NCBI GenBank assembly: GCA_965235115.1
Contig: OZ249446.1
Coordinates: 14,570,001 to 14,634,000, forward strand
Direction of reading: 5' to 3'
DNA length: 64,000 nt
DNA from: Laetmonice hystrix
Lineage: Eukaryota
A program made the position numbers and the translations under genes. The number at the start of each line of letters is the position of its first letter. Positions within the stretch are counted from its first letter, which is position 1. Under the pieces are notes generated by a model, which saw nothing but the letters and a program-made list of their open reading frames with translations, did not search any database and had not been told where the DNA came from. Below are positions 53,100 through 64,000 of the stretch, in pieces.

Positions 53100-53600
53100 A
53101 GGATATTAGCGAGGAGACAGCAGCCCGATAATTGGTGTGAAGCCATTTGCTGTTGACAACTTAGAGTCACCTCAACTCAACAGCAGAGACAAATTTGCAC
53201 CAGGAGAGACAAAAATATTGAACCATGCCCTTTCTACTTTCTGTTGCATTTCTACTCAGCTGGATTGTATTTAGCTGCTTTACTCGCATGTATGTAGATT
53301 TGAAGTAGGCTTCTATTAAAGCTTGAGGAGGAATCATCTACATAAATTATCCGTAAATGTATGCACCCTGTGAGTTTATCAGCATCATAGGTGTATCTGC
53401 ATTGCAGTTGTCTCCGTCAGACTGTCGAGGTTTTTCCTCCATGCACACTGAATGCTTCTCAACAACTGACGGTCCGCAGCGTTGTCATCTCTGCACTTGT
53501 TACTGTCGGCGACAATAATGACAGAGTACTCGCCTTAATATCCTTTAAGTGCCTGCATAAATGATTGGTGTGGCCTTTCTTTGTATATGGGAAGGTTTGT
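53100..53600 (-). pseudogene. Decayed hAT (ZBED1/Ac-like) transposase fragment
   Basis: The minus strand gives a BED-finger-like KGHTNHLCRHLK (~53544-53580), then CKFVSAVELR*L*VVNSK/GFTPIIGLLSPR*YP (~53100-53199). The latter matches the hAT KFIxxDLRPxSVVExxGFxxLxxxLEPRY motif, with stops and a frameshift. Confidence 0.55.
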
Positions 53601-53835
53601 GGTTATATATCTTAGCGTGGCGAAGCAACTGTTAAAATAATCATACATGTCCACGGGTGCTGCATAAATATCTGTTCGGTAAATTCCAGTCGTGTATTTT
53701 GTAAAAGTCCCCCCCCCCCCAATTGATAAATTTGCATTATTTTTCGCTATATTCTAACACTCTTATCTTGTAGGTCTGTATTAAGTCGCCATGGTTATTG
53801 TAAACCTAAAACCTCAACTACATGCAGTGTGTTCA

Positions 53836-54560
53836 ATATTTACCGACCTGTGGCAAAGGTACCTTGACACAATATTTACTGACCTGTGGTAAAGGTATCT
53901 TGACCCAATATTTACTGACCTGTGGTAAAGGTACCTTGACAAAATATATTGTCTGACCTGTAGTAAAGGTACCTTGACAAAATATTTACTGACCTGTGGT
54001 AAAGGTACCTTGACACAATATTTACTGATCTGTGGTAAAGGTATCTTGACCCAATATTTACTGACCTGTGGTAAAGGTACCTTGACAAAATATATTGTCT
54101 GACCTGTAGTAAAGGTACCTTGACAAAATATTTACTGACCTGTGGTAAAGGTATCTTGACACAATATTTACTGACCTGTGGTAAAGGTACCTTGACACAA
54201 TATTTACTGACCTGTGGTAAAGGTATCTTGACACAATATTTACTGACCTGTGGTAAAGGTACCTTGACACAATATTTACTGATCTGTGGTAAAGGTATCT
54301 TGACCCAATATTTACTGACCTGTGGTAAAGGTACCTTGACAAAATATATTGTCTGACCTGTAGTAAAGGTACCTTGACACAATATTTACTGACCTGTGGT
54401 AAAGGTATCTTGACACAATATTTACTGACCTGTGGTAAAGGTATCTTGACACAATATTTACTGACCTGTGGTAAAGGTACCTTGACAAAATATTTACTGA
54501 CCTGTGGTAAAGGTATCTTGACACAATATTTACTGACCTGTGGTAAAGGTACCTTTACAC
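53836..54560. repeat. 36-bp minisatellite (~20 copies) with periodic 38-bp variants
   Basis: Unit AATATTTACTGACCTGTGGTAAAGGTACCTTGACAC. The variant with ATATATTGTCTGACCTGTAG recurs at spacings of 146 bp (38+3x36) and 254 bp (38+6x36). Confidence 0.95.
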
Positions 54561-56476
54561 AAAGTCTGTCATTCGGGTACTAAGGGGCTAACGCGGGATT
54601 GATACAATGATGTGAAAAGACTCCAGTACTGAAGTAGTATACCTGAATGTGACCTTTCCTGCAGGAAACGATATTAATGTCACATATTGCAAAATGGCGT
54701 CTCATAAGTCAGCATACATGCCTGATTATCACCAGAACGATCTCTGTTGATATATCATGAAAGATGATATAAGATACTGTATACTCTCAAAGAAGAAAAA
54801 TGAACTTGTCACAATGAGAATTGCTGGTTGCTTAATGTCAGGCGGCCCTATTTACTTCCGATATTACAATATTATATGTTCTGACAGAGAAGGCTTTTAC
54901 GTCGTTACCGCCGAAAGCATTGCAATTGTGCGTACCATGATATTTAAAATTAAGACAAACGACATGCATATTCATCATAATCTTTGAGTGGCCGACTTTA
55001 CTTACTGTACTGGCGGGTCCCTCGGCGGCATAACGACCCACTCCCGTAACGGAAGACGCCGATACGTCGTCAATTACGCATCATCACGCATGTAGTCGGT
55101 CCGGCCTCAAAGTAACAGGGCTGTATAAGAGGTTGTTCTATACGTGCACGCCCCTCCGATCACCCCCCATAACGCTCGCGGGGGGGGGGGGGGGGCATTG
55201 CCAACCTGAACGCCCACGAACGAGAATGTCAGCGCATATCAATATGCCGAGCCTACAAAGCGATTTCGCCGGACTTTCCGGATCTCAAGTGCATTAACCC
55301 CCCCTAAATGGCAGTTTGGAGACAGACTTAACAGCACGACAGAGACGACAAACGACATAGTACGGTAGAGGGCCGAGTTAGCACATTTGGACCGTTGCCT
55401 TACACCACCTATAAAGCTTAACGCAATGAGTACGGACGTCAAAAGATGTGTACAATTCCTGTATAAGATATCTATAGGTCAACATTCATTCTGAAATTGC
55501 ATATTGCAATTTGCACTATAGCTGATAGCACTATAGCGTTGTAATGGGAGTCAATTTCATTTCAGGTGGTTCAGCAGTTCTAAGACGATTCGAAGTCTAT
55601 ATAATGTCAGAGGGATTCGTTGAGAACTATATTGAATACATTCCACCAAAGCCAGCCATTTCACTCAAAGTAGCCTAATTAATATCTTTAAGTAGTGGCT
55701 CGTGGATAGAGAGCCACGTTTTTTGAAAATCGATAATAAATATTTTACCTTGCTGGAGACCTGTTGCAACTTGAATGATTATTCTAGTGAAGGAAAAATA
55801 ATGTATCTTTTCATCCTGATGTTAATTTCTTTGTGAGGATACAACCGTTAACATCCTTTATAAAAGACGAGAGTCGCTGTAACAAAATGCCATCCCTTGG
55901 CTATTAGTCTGATTAAAACAACATTTACAGCAAAATTATATCAGCAAAAGTTCCCGGTCACTGTGCGTAACCCTTGTTATCTTGAACACCGACTCAGCAC
56001 CATGGCGGACATTTGGGTTAGTTCGTGATTATTTCCTATAAGCGACTTATTATTGCATGTTCCCGACTTATTCCCTTAGAGCCACGGATAATGCTCACTA
56101 CCTATACTTGGCATTATGTTAATATACCACGGAACCACGCCTATACAACCCAGGTACTTATCATTAGGTTGGCCCAAACTCACCCACGTCCCACTGTTGA
56201 CCGCACAATCCTACCTAATGTGGAGAACAGATGTACAAGCAAACAAGAGCCGAACCTTTCTTCTCAATTTGTATCAGTATGTGCCACAGAGAACATGCCC
56301 AAAACGTTTTAAAATTGTCCTGTCTACTGGGGACAGTTGTCTGCAGTGTGGTCGGATTAGACAGGTTTACACGACACCACAGGCCAATGACAGTGGATAT
56401 GATTGGCTGGCAAAACCGATACCTCCACGCAGTGTGATGTGTGGACCCTGTACAATTAAACAGTGTGTCAGTTATA

Positions 56477-56698
56477 CAGTATGTCCCAAAAAATAATGAT
56501 AGTCTGTGTTCCATTGTCAAAATGAGATACTGGTTGTGATAGGTAATGCGTGACCCTGTCAACACCAAACTTGCTGAGAGTTATCCAGGGGGATCAAACT
56601 TTATGTTCAACTTCAACTTCAAAATTCGACAATCCTCTAAAATATCTAAGTGTATTGCACACCTAAAGTTAGACTATCATTTTTTGGGGGACATACTG
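56477..56698. mobile_element. Tc1/mariner-type MITE
   Basis: TA on both flanks; ~28-bp imperfect TIRs CAGTATGTCCC...AAAAA...ATGATAGTCT. Confidence 0.82.
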
Positions 56699-57833
56699 TA
56701 CTGTATCTGGCGTTAGTTGAGGTGTGGGGTCTCACACGTCCTGACAATATACTGTGTGATGGGATAACGCGTGCAGTACTGCCGTATTGTCCACAATATG
56801 GTTCATGCCATGGTGAGTTGACTCCATAAGTATTGCAAACTTTTGTGCCGATGAAATTCCATAACCAACCCTGCATCACCACTGGCAATCTTTGACGAAC
56901 TTTTCCTACATGCTTAATATTTCGAGTAAAAAGCTGCATGAATGTTATTTTTCATTTCTTTGGTTACTTTTGACAGTACCATTTGTAAAACGAGTATCAG
57001 TAAAATGACGAGATGACTGCACACAAAATAACCAAGAGACCTTTAAGCATTTCGCTTCGTCAGGCTACAGTTGACAGCTCCCAGCACTTGACTCATCAAC
57101 GACCATCACATTAAAAGCTTTGAAATTGCCAGCACACTGGGACATGTTTGACAACTAATTAGCTAATACAATTAGTAGAAAAAGAGGAGTGTTAAGTGGA
57201 CAAAGTTAACATAACCAGATACAAAATAACCCTGAAGGAATCTGCTTCTGTCAGGATTTCCATCTTTTCTTCTGAATAAATGGTAAGTTTCCAACCATGT
57301 GGACAACCGTTCAACCGAATCACAGTGATATAATGTTACGAATGTTATACTGTATAATATACTACATACGAAAGCCAGAGCCTGACAGGCCTTATCAACA
57401 ACTTGTCTGAACTGTTCCTCTCTAATACTGATACACACACGTCTAGTATACGCTATCCATAACAATATAGCATACATAGGCCTCAGCCAAGCCCTTGCCA
57501 ATCTAATTAAAATTAGATCTTAGTTATTTCGCATGCGCTACATCGCAGCCAGCACCGACACAGCCGAGAGAGACGCGGAATACCAAGATCTAATTATACA
57601 TACCACGGGTAGCCATATGGCACCGTTTTGCAGCCAAATTATGACCACGGTTGAGCGATCAGCGAGCTGTAGCACAACGGCTAAGCGGTCAAGGAGCACC
57701 ACAGTGCACCACCGTTGACCAGGACCTTTCGGTCCTCTCGCTCAATGACGTAACCTCTCGGTTAGAAGTCATTTGTCGTCCGGCTGAACCTGGACTATGC
57801 ACGGCGACATTAGTCAGTGGTGTTTCCTCGGGT

Positions 57834-57880
57834 TGCTATCTATAAAACCCCTCGCTTCGCTCGGGGTTTTATAGATAGCA
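57834..57880. other. Perfect 18-bp-stem hairpin, loop TCGCTTCGCTC
   Basis: TGCTATCTATAAAACCCC (57834-57851) pairs with GGGGTTTTATAGATAGCA (57863-57880). Confidence 0.95.
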
Positions 57881-58190
57881 CCCCTCGGTTGTTGTTTTTT
57901 TTTCTCTCGAAAAAAATCCTCGATTTCATCTCGTGTTTTTTTTCTCGAAAATATCAGTCGATATCGTATATAAGGGCAAAATATTATTTTCAGAGAGGGT
58001 ACTGATCTGTTTACCTACAGTATAGGGGGCGCTCGTGTGATCGCCACCCATTGTACGGTAGCCCAGAAGTACAAGTATAGCTAGGCATTTTAGTGAGCGT
58101 ATCATAGTGGTTATGCTAGTTTCTTGTGCCCATGGAACAAACAGTAAAACGAGAATAAGTTAATCATTTCTTTTGCCAACTCGACACAAA

Positions 58191-59829
58191 TTAAGTTCGG
58201 CGGCCAGCCTCAACGGTAATGTTGAAGGTGCAGTGTTGATACAGATTTTGTGCTGGGGCCACTGTGGATGTGTCCGCTGAGGTCGCAGCAGCCGATGGAA
58301 CGCGTCTCGTCTCAGAAGGCCTAGGGTCAACGGAATTGAGGAGACTGCTGATGGCCATCTTCTGAGGATCGGAGGTCCTCTTATATGAGCGCACACCTAG
58401 GGAACAAACAAATAAGCATTCATTCAGTATGTTTACCCTTCCATGGTGATCATACCTTCCAGCATTTTTAGAAAGTAATTTTAGTGCAGATAGCATCGTT
58501 TGAGATTATGTCCTACCTTCTACGGACGTGTGACCTGTGCGCTCCATGATGAGCTGCTCATCCACTCCCTTTTCGTATAACCGCGTTGCGACCGTCGCTC
58601 GCCAAGAGTGATTTGTGAAGTACCCTTTCAGACCAGCCTTTTGACAAATTTCCGCAGTGTATACTTGGAAAGCTGGTTAGCCCCAACTGGTTGGCGACTG
58701 AACCACACACCTTCAGCCTTCGGGTTGCGAAGGGGTGTCAAATAGAATGCCCCATCACGACCATCAGCTGGGGAAAGAGACATGTACATTTTGAAAAGAC
58801 GTACATGGCATCTCTCTGGAGTGTGCAAGTTTGCATGGTGTATCACCTCCTTTTTTCGTATTTTGATGTGCTTAATCCCACCCTGCCTGTTTTTGGAGAC
58901 GTCCTCAACATACTTTAAATAGGCGATTTGACCCTCGGGCTCATGCAGAGTAATTTGAGGAGGGTTGAATCGCAACTGTCGATGCTCCTGCCCACCGCGC
59001 AACCCGAAGTGTTTGCCATTTAGGGACAGAATCGTTCTGAGAAGGACACGTGGGTTGCAGTCCCCTAGCTGTTTTGTTTTCCACAGCTTGTCTTCTTCCT
59101 CGACTGTTAAGACTTGGGCCTGTTTTCTATCCGAACCAATTCCTTTGCCTGAAAGGCGCTTCAATTCCGAATCCATGATCTGACGAAATCCTTCGAATAC
59201 TGTACTAGATAGTACATTGAGGTTGGTTTTTCGCTCCAGTCGGATATAGGACTGTATACCCATTACTAGGGACATTAGAGAGTTGGGTGGATATTCCGTC
59301 CTATCAATCTTGCGTGCCTCCACTACGAATTTACCCAGCCAGTAATTCAGCTGTTCATCTGTCATTAAGTCTACAGTTGTATCTATCTTTTGATACTTGT
59401 CCTGGGAAGTCGTCATGCGGTTATTGCGCGCTGTAGCCCAGATGTTGAAAGTGCGCATTGCCCACTCGTTTCGACGAAGGGTATTTTTGGGAGTGGCCAT
59501 CTTTCCACGAGCACTCAGTGCGCTGTCGGAGACTGGGTCACCAAACCGGAACCAATCAGTGTCAGCCTGAAGGGAACACGTATAAAATACAGTTTAAAAG
59601 CAGTAGATCAAACACGGCAATATAGGGAAACATGTAATGCACCGTCCCAGAAAGAATGAATAAAAGTAATAAACTGGCGTACCTGGGAATCATCATCCCC
59701 TATCCCATACATTTCTTCAACGCGTTGGGAGGCTTGGAGAAGCTCGTCATCTGAAAGAAGTTCCTGTTCTTTGGCGGCGGCTTCTATAATCTGTGAGGCA
59801 GCTACCAGCTCTTCGTCCGACAGGCTCAT
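58191..59829 (-). pseudogene. Crypton-type (DUF3504; ZMYM/KCTD1/QRICH1-related) tyrosine recombinase, 3 exons, one frameshift
   Basis: Exons 59829-59683, 59566-58517 and 58396-58191 with GT-AG introns. Motifs LNYWLGKFVVEARK...EYPPNSL, FGLRGGQEH, EDVSKNRQGG, FTNHSWRATVATRL, RTGHTSVEG|VRSYKR give the R-K-H-R-H-Y catalytic set. There is a 2-bp AC duplication at ~58657-58660; the repaired CDS is 1401 nt (466 aa). Confidence 0.9.
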
Positions 59830-60404
59830 GGTTGCAGTGTACTGGACCAAATGTCGCCGCCGTCAATTTATAGCAAACGTTGTGGAATAGACCGAGGAGT
59901 TGCAAGGAGTTGCAAGCAGTCGCAGTGTGTGTGTTGGCCTTAAGCGGTCAAGGTTGCGCCACCTTCGAGGTCCCACCACCGTCCACTACATGTAGGGTGT
60001 CCGACATGTAGACGGTATGGTTAGAAAAAAATTGAAATGTTTTGGTTACCCAGACGAACATTGCGACATTGCGACGCGTTTGCGACGGTAAAATCAAGGT
60101 CGTTAAATTAAAATATGTTGGACTTTTAGGCCCCGAGTGAAGGTTTAAAGGTTTTTCTTTAAGTCAAGTTTTTATTAGTGCACTTCTGGGCCACCGTACA
60201 GTCATAGGCAGAGCATGGACCGACAGAATCACGTAATCGCCTGATCGTCATGGTTCACTGAAAGCGGTCGACGCAGCACCACCACAAACTGGCCACCAGG
60301 ACTGACCACCACTGCCCTATATATCGTGATCTGTACATGCCATGTGGTGGTCGTGCTCACTCAACTGTGCATTTATCAGCTGGGGACCCTTGGCATGTAT
60401 GCTT

Positions 60405-60505
60405 GATAGCTACCTGGTCAGCTCAGGGCCTGGGGCGCTATATTCAGTCTCGCTTCGCTCGACTGAATATGGCGCTCCAGGCCCTTCGCTGACCAGGTAG
60501 CTATC
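60405..60505. other. 45-bp-stem hairpin, loop TCGCTTCGCTC
   Basis: 60405-60449 pairs with 60461-60505, with two G-T pairs and one 2-nt mismatch. The loop is 60450-60460. Confidence 0.95.
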
Positions 60506-62241
60506 TAGAACTTAATTAGATTGAGCCCTTGCCATCTGACAGGTGACTTGTGGACATCTCGTGAGAGCGTTTCCCGTATAGCACAATGCGTACATGTATA
60601 CTTGTAAAGGCAGTCTCTAACAGGGCTGACGGGCAGGTGCTACACATGACAGTGGATAAGTCAGCTGATGCAGGAGTCTATCACAGGGGCACACCGGCTC
60701 CGACTGGCTATGATTGATTACAAGCTGATTAACACCTTGCCAACATCTGTAGGCCAGTCCTAGCGATATCAGGCTAACCGACTGTCCGCAGTGGGTATTG
60801 GGCTTGATGAACAAATGAAACCTACAGCCGAGTTTCACTGAAATCTATCAGCAAGTTTCAACGAGACACCCAGTTAAATAAAGATTTCATTGAAATGTAC
60901 TAGGCTCAGCGTACTAGTCTCAGCTAAACCTACAGCCGAATCTAAACGAAATCTAGTTGCAGCTTCTACGAAAGCTACCATGTAGCTTCTGCGAAACGTA
61001 GTGTCGAGTCTAAAAAAACTCAAAACTAGTTTAAATGTAATATAACAGAAAATTTGGTGAACCATCTTAATGAAACCCACTTCCGGCTCGCAACATCACC
61101 CGTCGCCAAATCGGTGCTTTTACTCATTTCAATGAATGTCGAGCGATCCTTTATATATAACGAGTCGCTGCGACGTGTACTATATACAATACCAACATTT
61201 GTATACCACAGCCGTGGACCACAGGGAGTAAAAGGCAACCAGACCCTAATACTGCCCCTCCATTTGTCACTTTTCACAAATAGCAAGGGTGTACCCGCCA
61301 CCGATTCAAGTTATGTGGGCCTCAAATCCATCACCCCTAGACCACATCAACAGAATATGGATGACGCTATTTATACCACTTGTTTGATGATCAACAACTT
61401 TTTCCGAATCAATTTAACATGACCTTTACAAACTATATCTTTTATTTTTTTGCAAGGATATTTTTTATCCTAAAAGGAAAAGCCGAGCAAACCACTCCGT
61501 CGTAGACTGGTCTCTGCGGCCCTTTTCCTGCGACAGGACGGTCTGAGAATGCCAGGCAGGCAAGCTTTACAACCAGCATGGCGTTCCAACATTCCTGCCA
61601 AGTAGCTCTTTACCGGGGAGGTGCTTTCATGGTCAGAAAGAGGGCCGTGTTTCTTTAGCTATTGCTGACCGAAAGTCACCATCAATCACATCAAGTGTCA
61701 AACATGCCGGCTTTAACAGATGAGCCACACGGATTCATCATCATCGAGACCAATCCCACTCTGTGTATAGGGCCACTCGTTTTGTGCCTGTTTCCCGGCC
61801 GCCCATTGCCCATGCAGGCCATGTGAAAGACTGAAATATTTATCCCGGCATATGTTTTCAGTTGATGGAGTGGCTCGGTATTCGGTCTGATTTCCCGGGA
61901 TAAACACAATGAAAGATGTGCCATGACAGATGTAAAAACCAGGTTTCTAGGTGTCTTAAAGAGGCGGGCTTGCTCTGTAAATAAAGACTGATGGCTACAG
62001 GTCGACCTCATACTTGTGATTATACCTACTGATACTCATTTCGAGCGGTACACAGTTAAAGCAAACACCCTTGACTAACCTGTGCGCAAATCTCCCGGAA
62101 CCTATTATAGAACATATTGCCACACATATCGTCTGAACATAAAGTAACATTTTGAAAGATACAAAGGGCATGCTGGCATTATTATTTCAGGATTGACCGT
62201 CCTGTTGCATCTTTAGTTTCAGGCATGAATCTCCTCTTTAA

Positions 62242-63070
62242 AGGTAACTTCCCAAAATATACAGCACGTTGATCGTTCAGTGTGCAGGGTAGACAGAAGA
62301 GGTCACTTTATGAATGCGAGCACCTATATCACCAAAGGTGCTTTTTCTTGATAACGATCGCCAGCTTTGTTATCAGGAAACCTTACAAGATTTAACGTTT
62401 CCCCTGACTTTACCTTTCTCACCCAAGTCCGCAACGAAGGGATGTCATTTTCCGTATGTCCTTTCTTTTCTCGACACCTTACACCGGTACATTTCGTCTC
62501 CACGTATATGAAAAACTTTTTTCAAACGGTATTAGCCTACTGTGTCAAACAAAGGATTGCAAGATATGTTTCTTTACGTTTTATATCCATGTCTGACATA
62601 TTCCAACGAATCGAAAACCAAAGAAAAAATATTCATACCACCCTTAAGTTCAGAAAAAGGCTAAAAAATTAACCAGAAATACTACCTTCTTCATCCTGTT
62701 ATATTATATCTCAGTTTTAAAGCCTTTCATGCCTTACCATATTCAGCTCTTCACTTTTAAACTTCATAATCGGCAATCGCCTTCTTTGCTTGATGCTTCT
62801 CGAAAAGAACTTGAGATCAATTCGCCTTTGAGTCATGGAAAAAACACTTTTCGTGTTCCTCGTAGTAATGTTTCAGAGGAAGGTGTCATTATTGAAATCA
62901 AACAGACACTGATATTAACAGTGCCATGCCTTTTGTCGTATCAAATATCTCATTGAAAACAAAAAAAAATCATTCGCGACCATTTCTGTAATGTCACATT
63001 ATTTTCTTTTCCTAGAAATACTAAATTATGCTCATAAGGAAATTTATTATATTTGGAAGGTGCGTTTATG
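62242..63070. mobile_element. Possible old Kolobok-type MITE
   Basis: The left end is TTAA|AGGTAACTTCCCAAAATATA. There is a degenerate inverse TATATTTGGAAGGTGCGTTTAT near 63048-63069, and the right TSD is not intact. Confidence 0.3.
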
Positions 63071-64000
63071 TTTAGGCTGTGTTAACGCCACTTAGGGCGA
63101 TGGTAATGCCATGGAGGAGATATTATAACCAATCTGTGATATAACTATATGAGAGCCTCAAAATGAGGCTCTCCTTGTCAAGGCACCATCAAGGCCTGCC
63201 ATGTGTCTGTCCTCTACATGTTTTTACGTTAGGACCTGTACATGGAGTTGTCACCAAAATCGCAAGATATGGACAGTATGGTTACAGGAGCCTTATAAAA
63301 TGCCGCGACCTATCTCTAGCTTTAAAATTCTATTTGATTCAAGTAGAATCAAACACTGTGAAGGTAAGAATGTACACATGACTGCTGAGAATTGCATCAT
63401 ATATCTGAAAGGTGGTTTATATTATACAGGAAATGCGAATGACCTTGCGAAGTTGTCCCAAATGGATTACCGTACAGCGTCCCGAAAAAAACTTAAGAAG
63501 TTGCCTCTGTCGTGGTACTAGTATTTCTGACGGATGTCGAAAATCTTCCTTCTGAGCATCCTGTGAGAGTGTATATTTAGACCAATGTCTCTAATTGAAG
63601 ACAAACCTCTGCGGCCAGGGATTGTATCGTTGTACACGCCTACATGACGTCGAGAGCTGTACGGATTATCAATCAGTCGACTGTATCTATAAGTAGCCAT
63701 GGCATTGGGGAGATCAGCGTCCTCAGCTGACTGATGTCATCAACCTCCTCACCACCTCCGCCCCAACCCTTAGATGTTGAGACTTCTATCTGCATGGCAA
63801 GTCTCGCAACGGCTCAGGACCCTCCTCGCGAATGCCTGCTGAAATCGTCTTCAATAGTGCGGTCGACCATTTTAACTACGGGGGGGGGGGGGGGCAGGCA
63901 TGGAAATTGAGAGCAACAGTGCGTCTAAGGAAATCAATGTGATTTCCCTAAACTAAATTTTCTTGCTCTGGATGGCCTCTACATGGGAAAAAGTTGGTAT

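Larger units (their letters stand above)
57499..60523 (-). mobile_element. Tyrosine-recombinase (Crypton-like) element with terminal inverted repeats and a flanking 9-bp direct repeat
   Basis: CAATCTAATTAA (57499-57510) and TTAATTAGATTG (60512-60523) are exact inverses. AGCCCTTGC lies immediately outside both (57490-57498 and 60524-60532). The interval contains the recombinase gene and two hairpins. Confidence 0.8.

Noticed and set aside
57172-57489. CR1/L2-like tail (VVDKACQALAFV...TFVTLYH) at the Crypton insertion site
   Set aside because: It is a short partial resemblance that does not extend across the reconstructed empty site.

Overview
This is animal genomic DNA, probably annelid or another lophotrochozoan; the taxon is inferred only from the neuropeptide sequence. 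It is mostly non-coding and repeat-rich, with GT-AG introns and no CRISPR array, rRNA or tRNA that I can support. One host gene is clear: a spliced whitnin/SPTR/PKYMDT-family neuropeptide precursor (+ strand, coding exons 23432-23536, 26141-26242, 26571-26703). The most structured object is a 3.0-kb element (57499-60523) carrying a three-exon Crypton-type tyrosine recombinase gene with one frameshift. It is bounded by 12-bp inverted repeats plus a 9-bp direct repeat, and holds two long hairpins with unrelated stems but the same 11-nt loop. The rest is MITEs (Harbinger-, Kolobok- and Tc1-like, plus a foldback element with a TTAGGG core), decayed LINE, hAT and P-like fragments, and several 36-65-bp minisatellites. 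Most ORF-track entries look like chance or repeat-derived ORFs. All family assignments come from recalled motifs; no database search was run.
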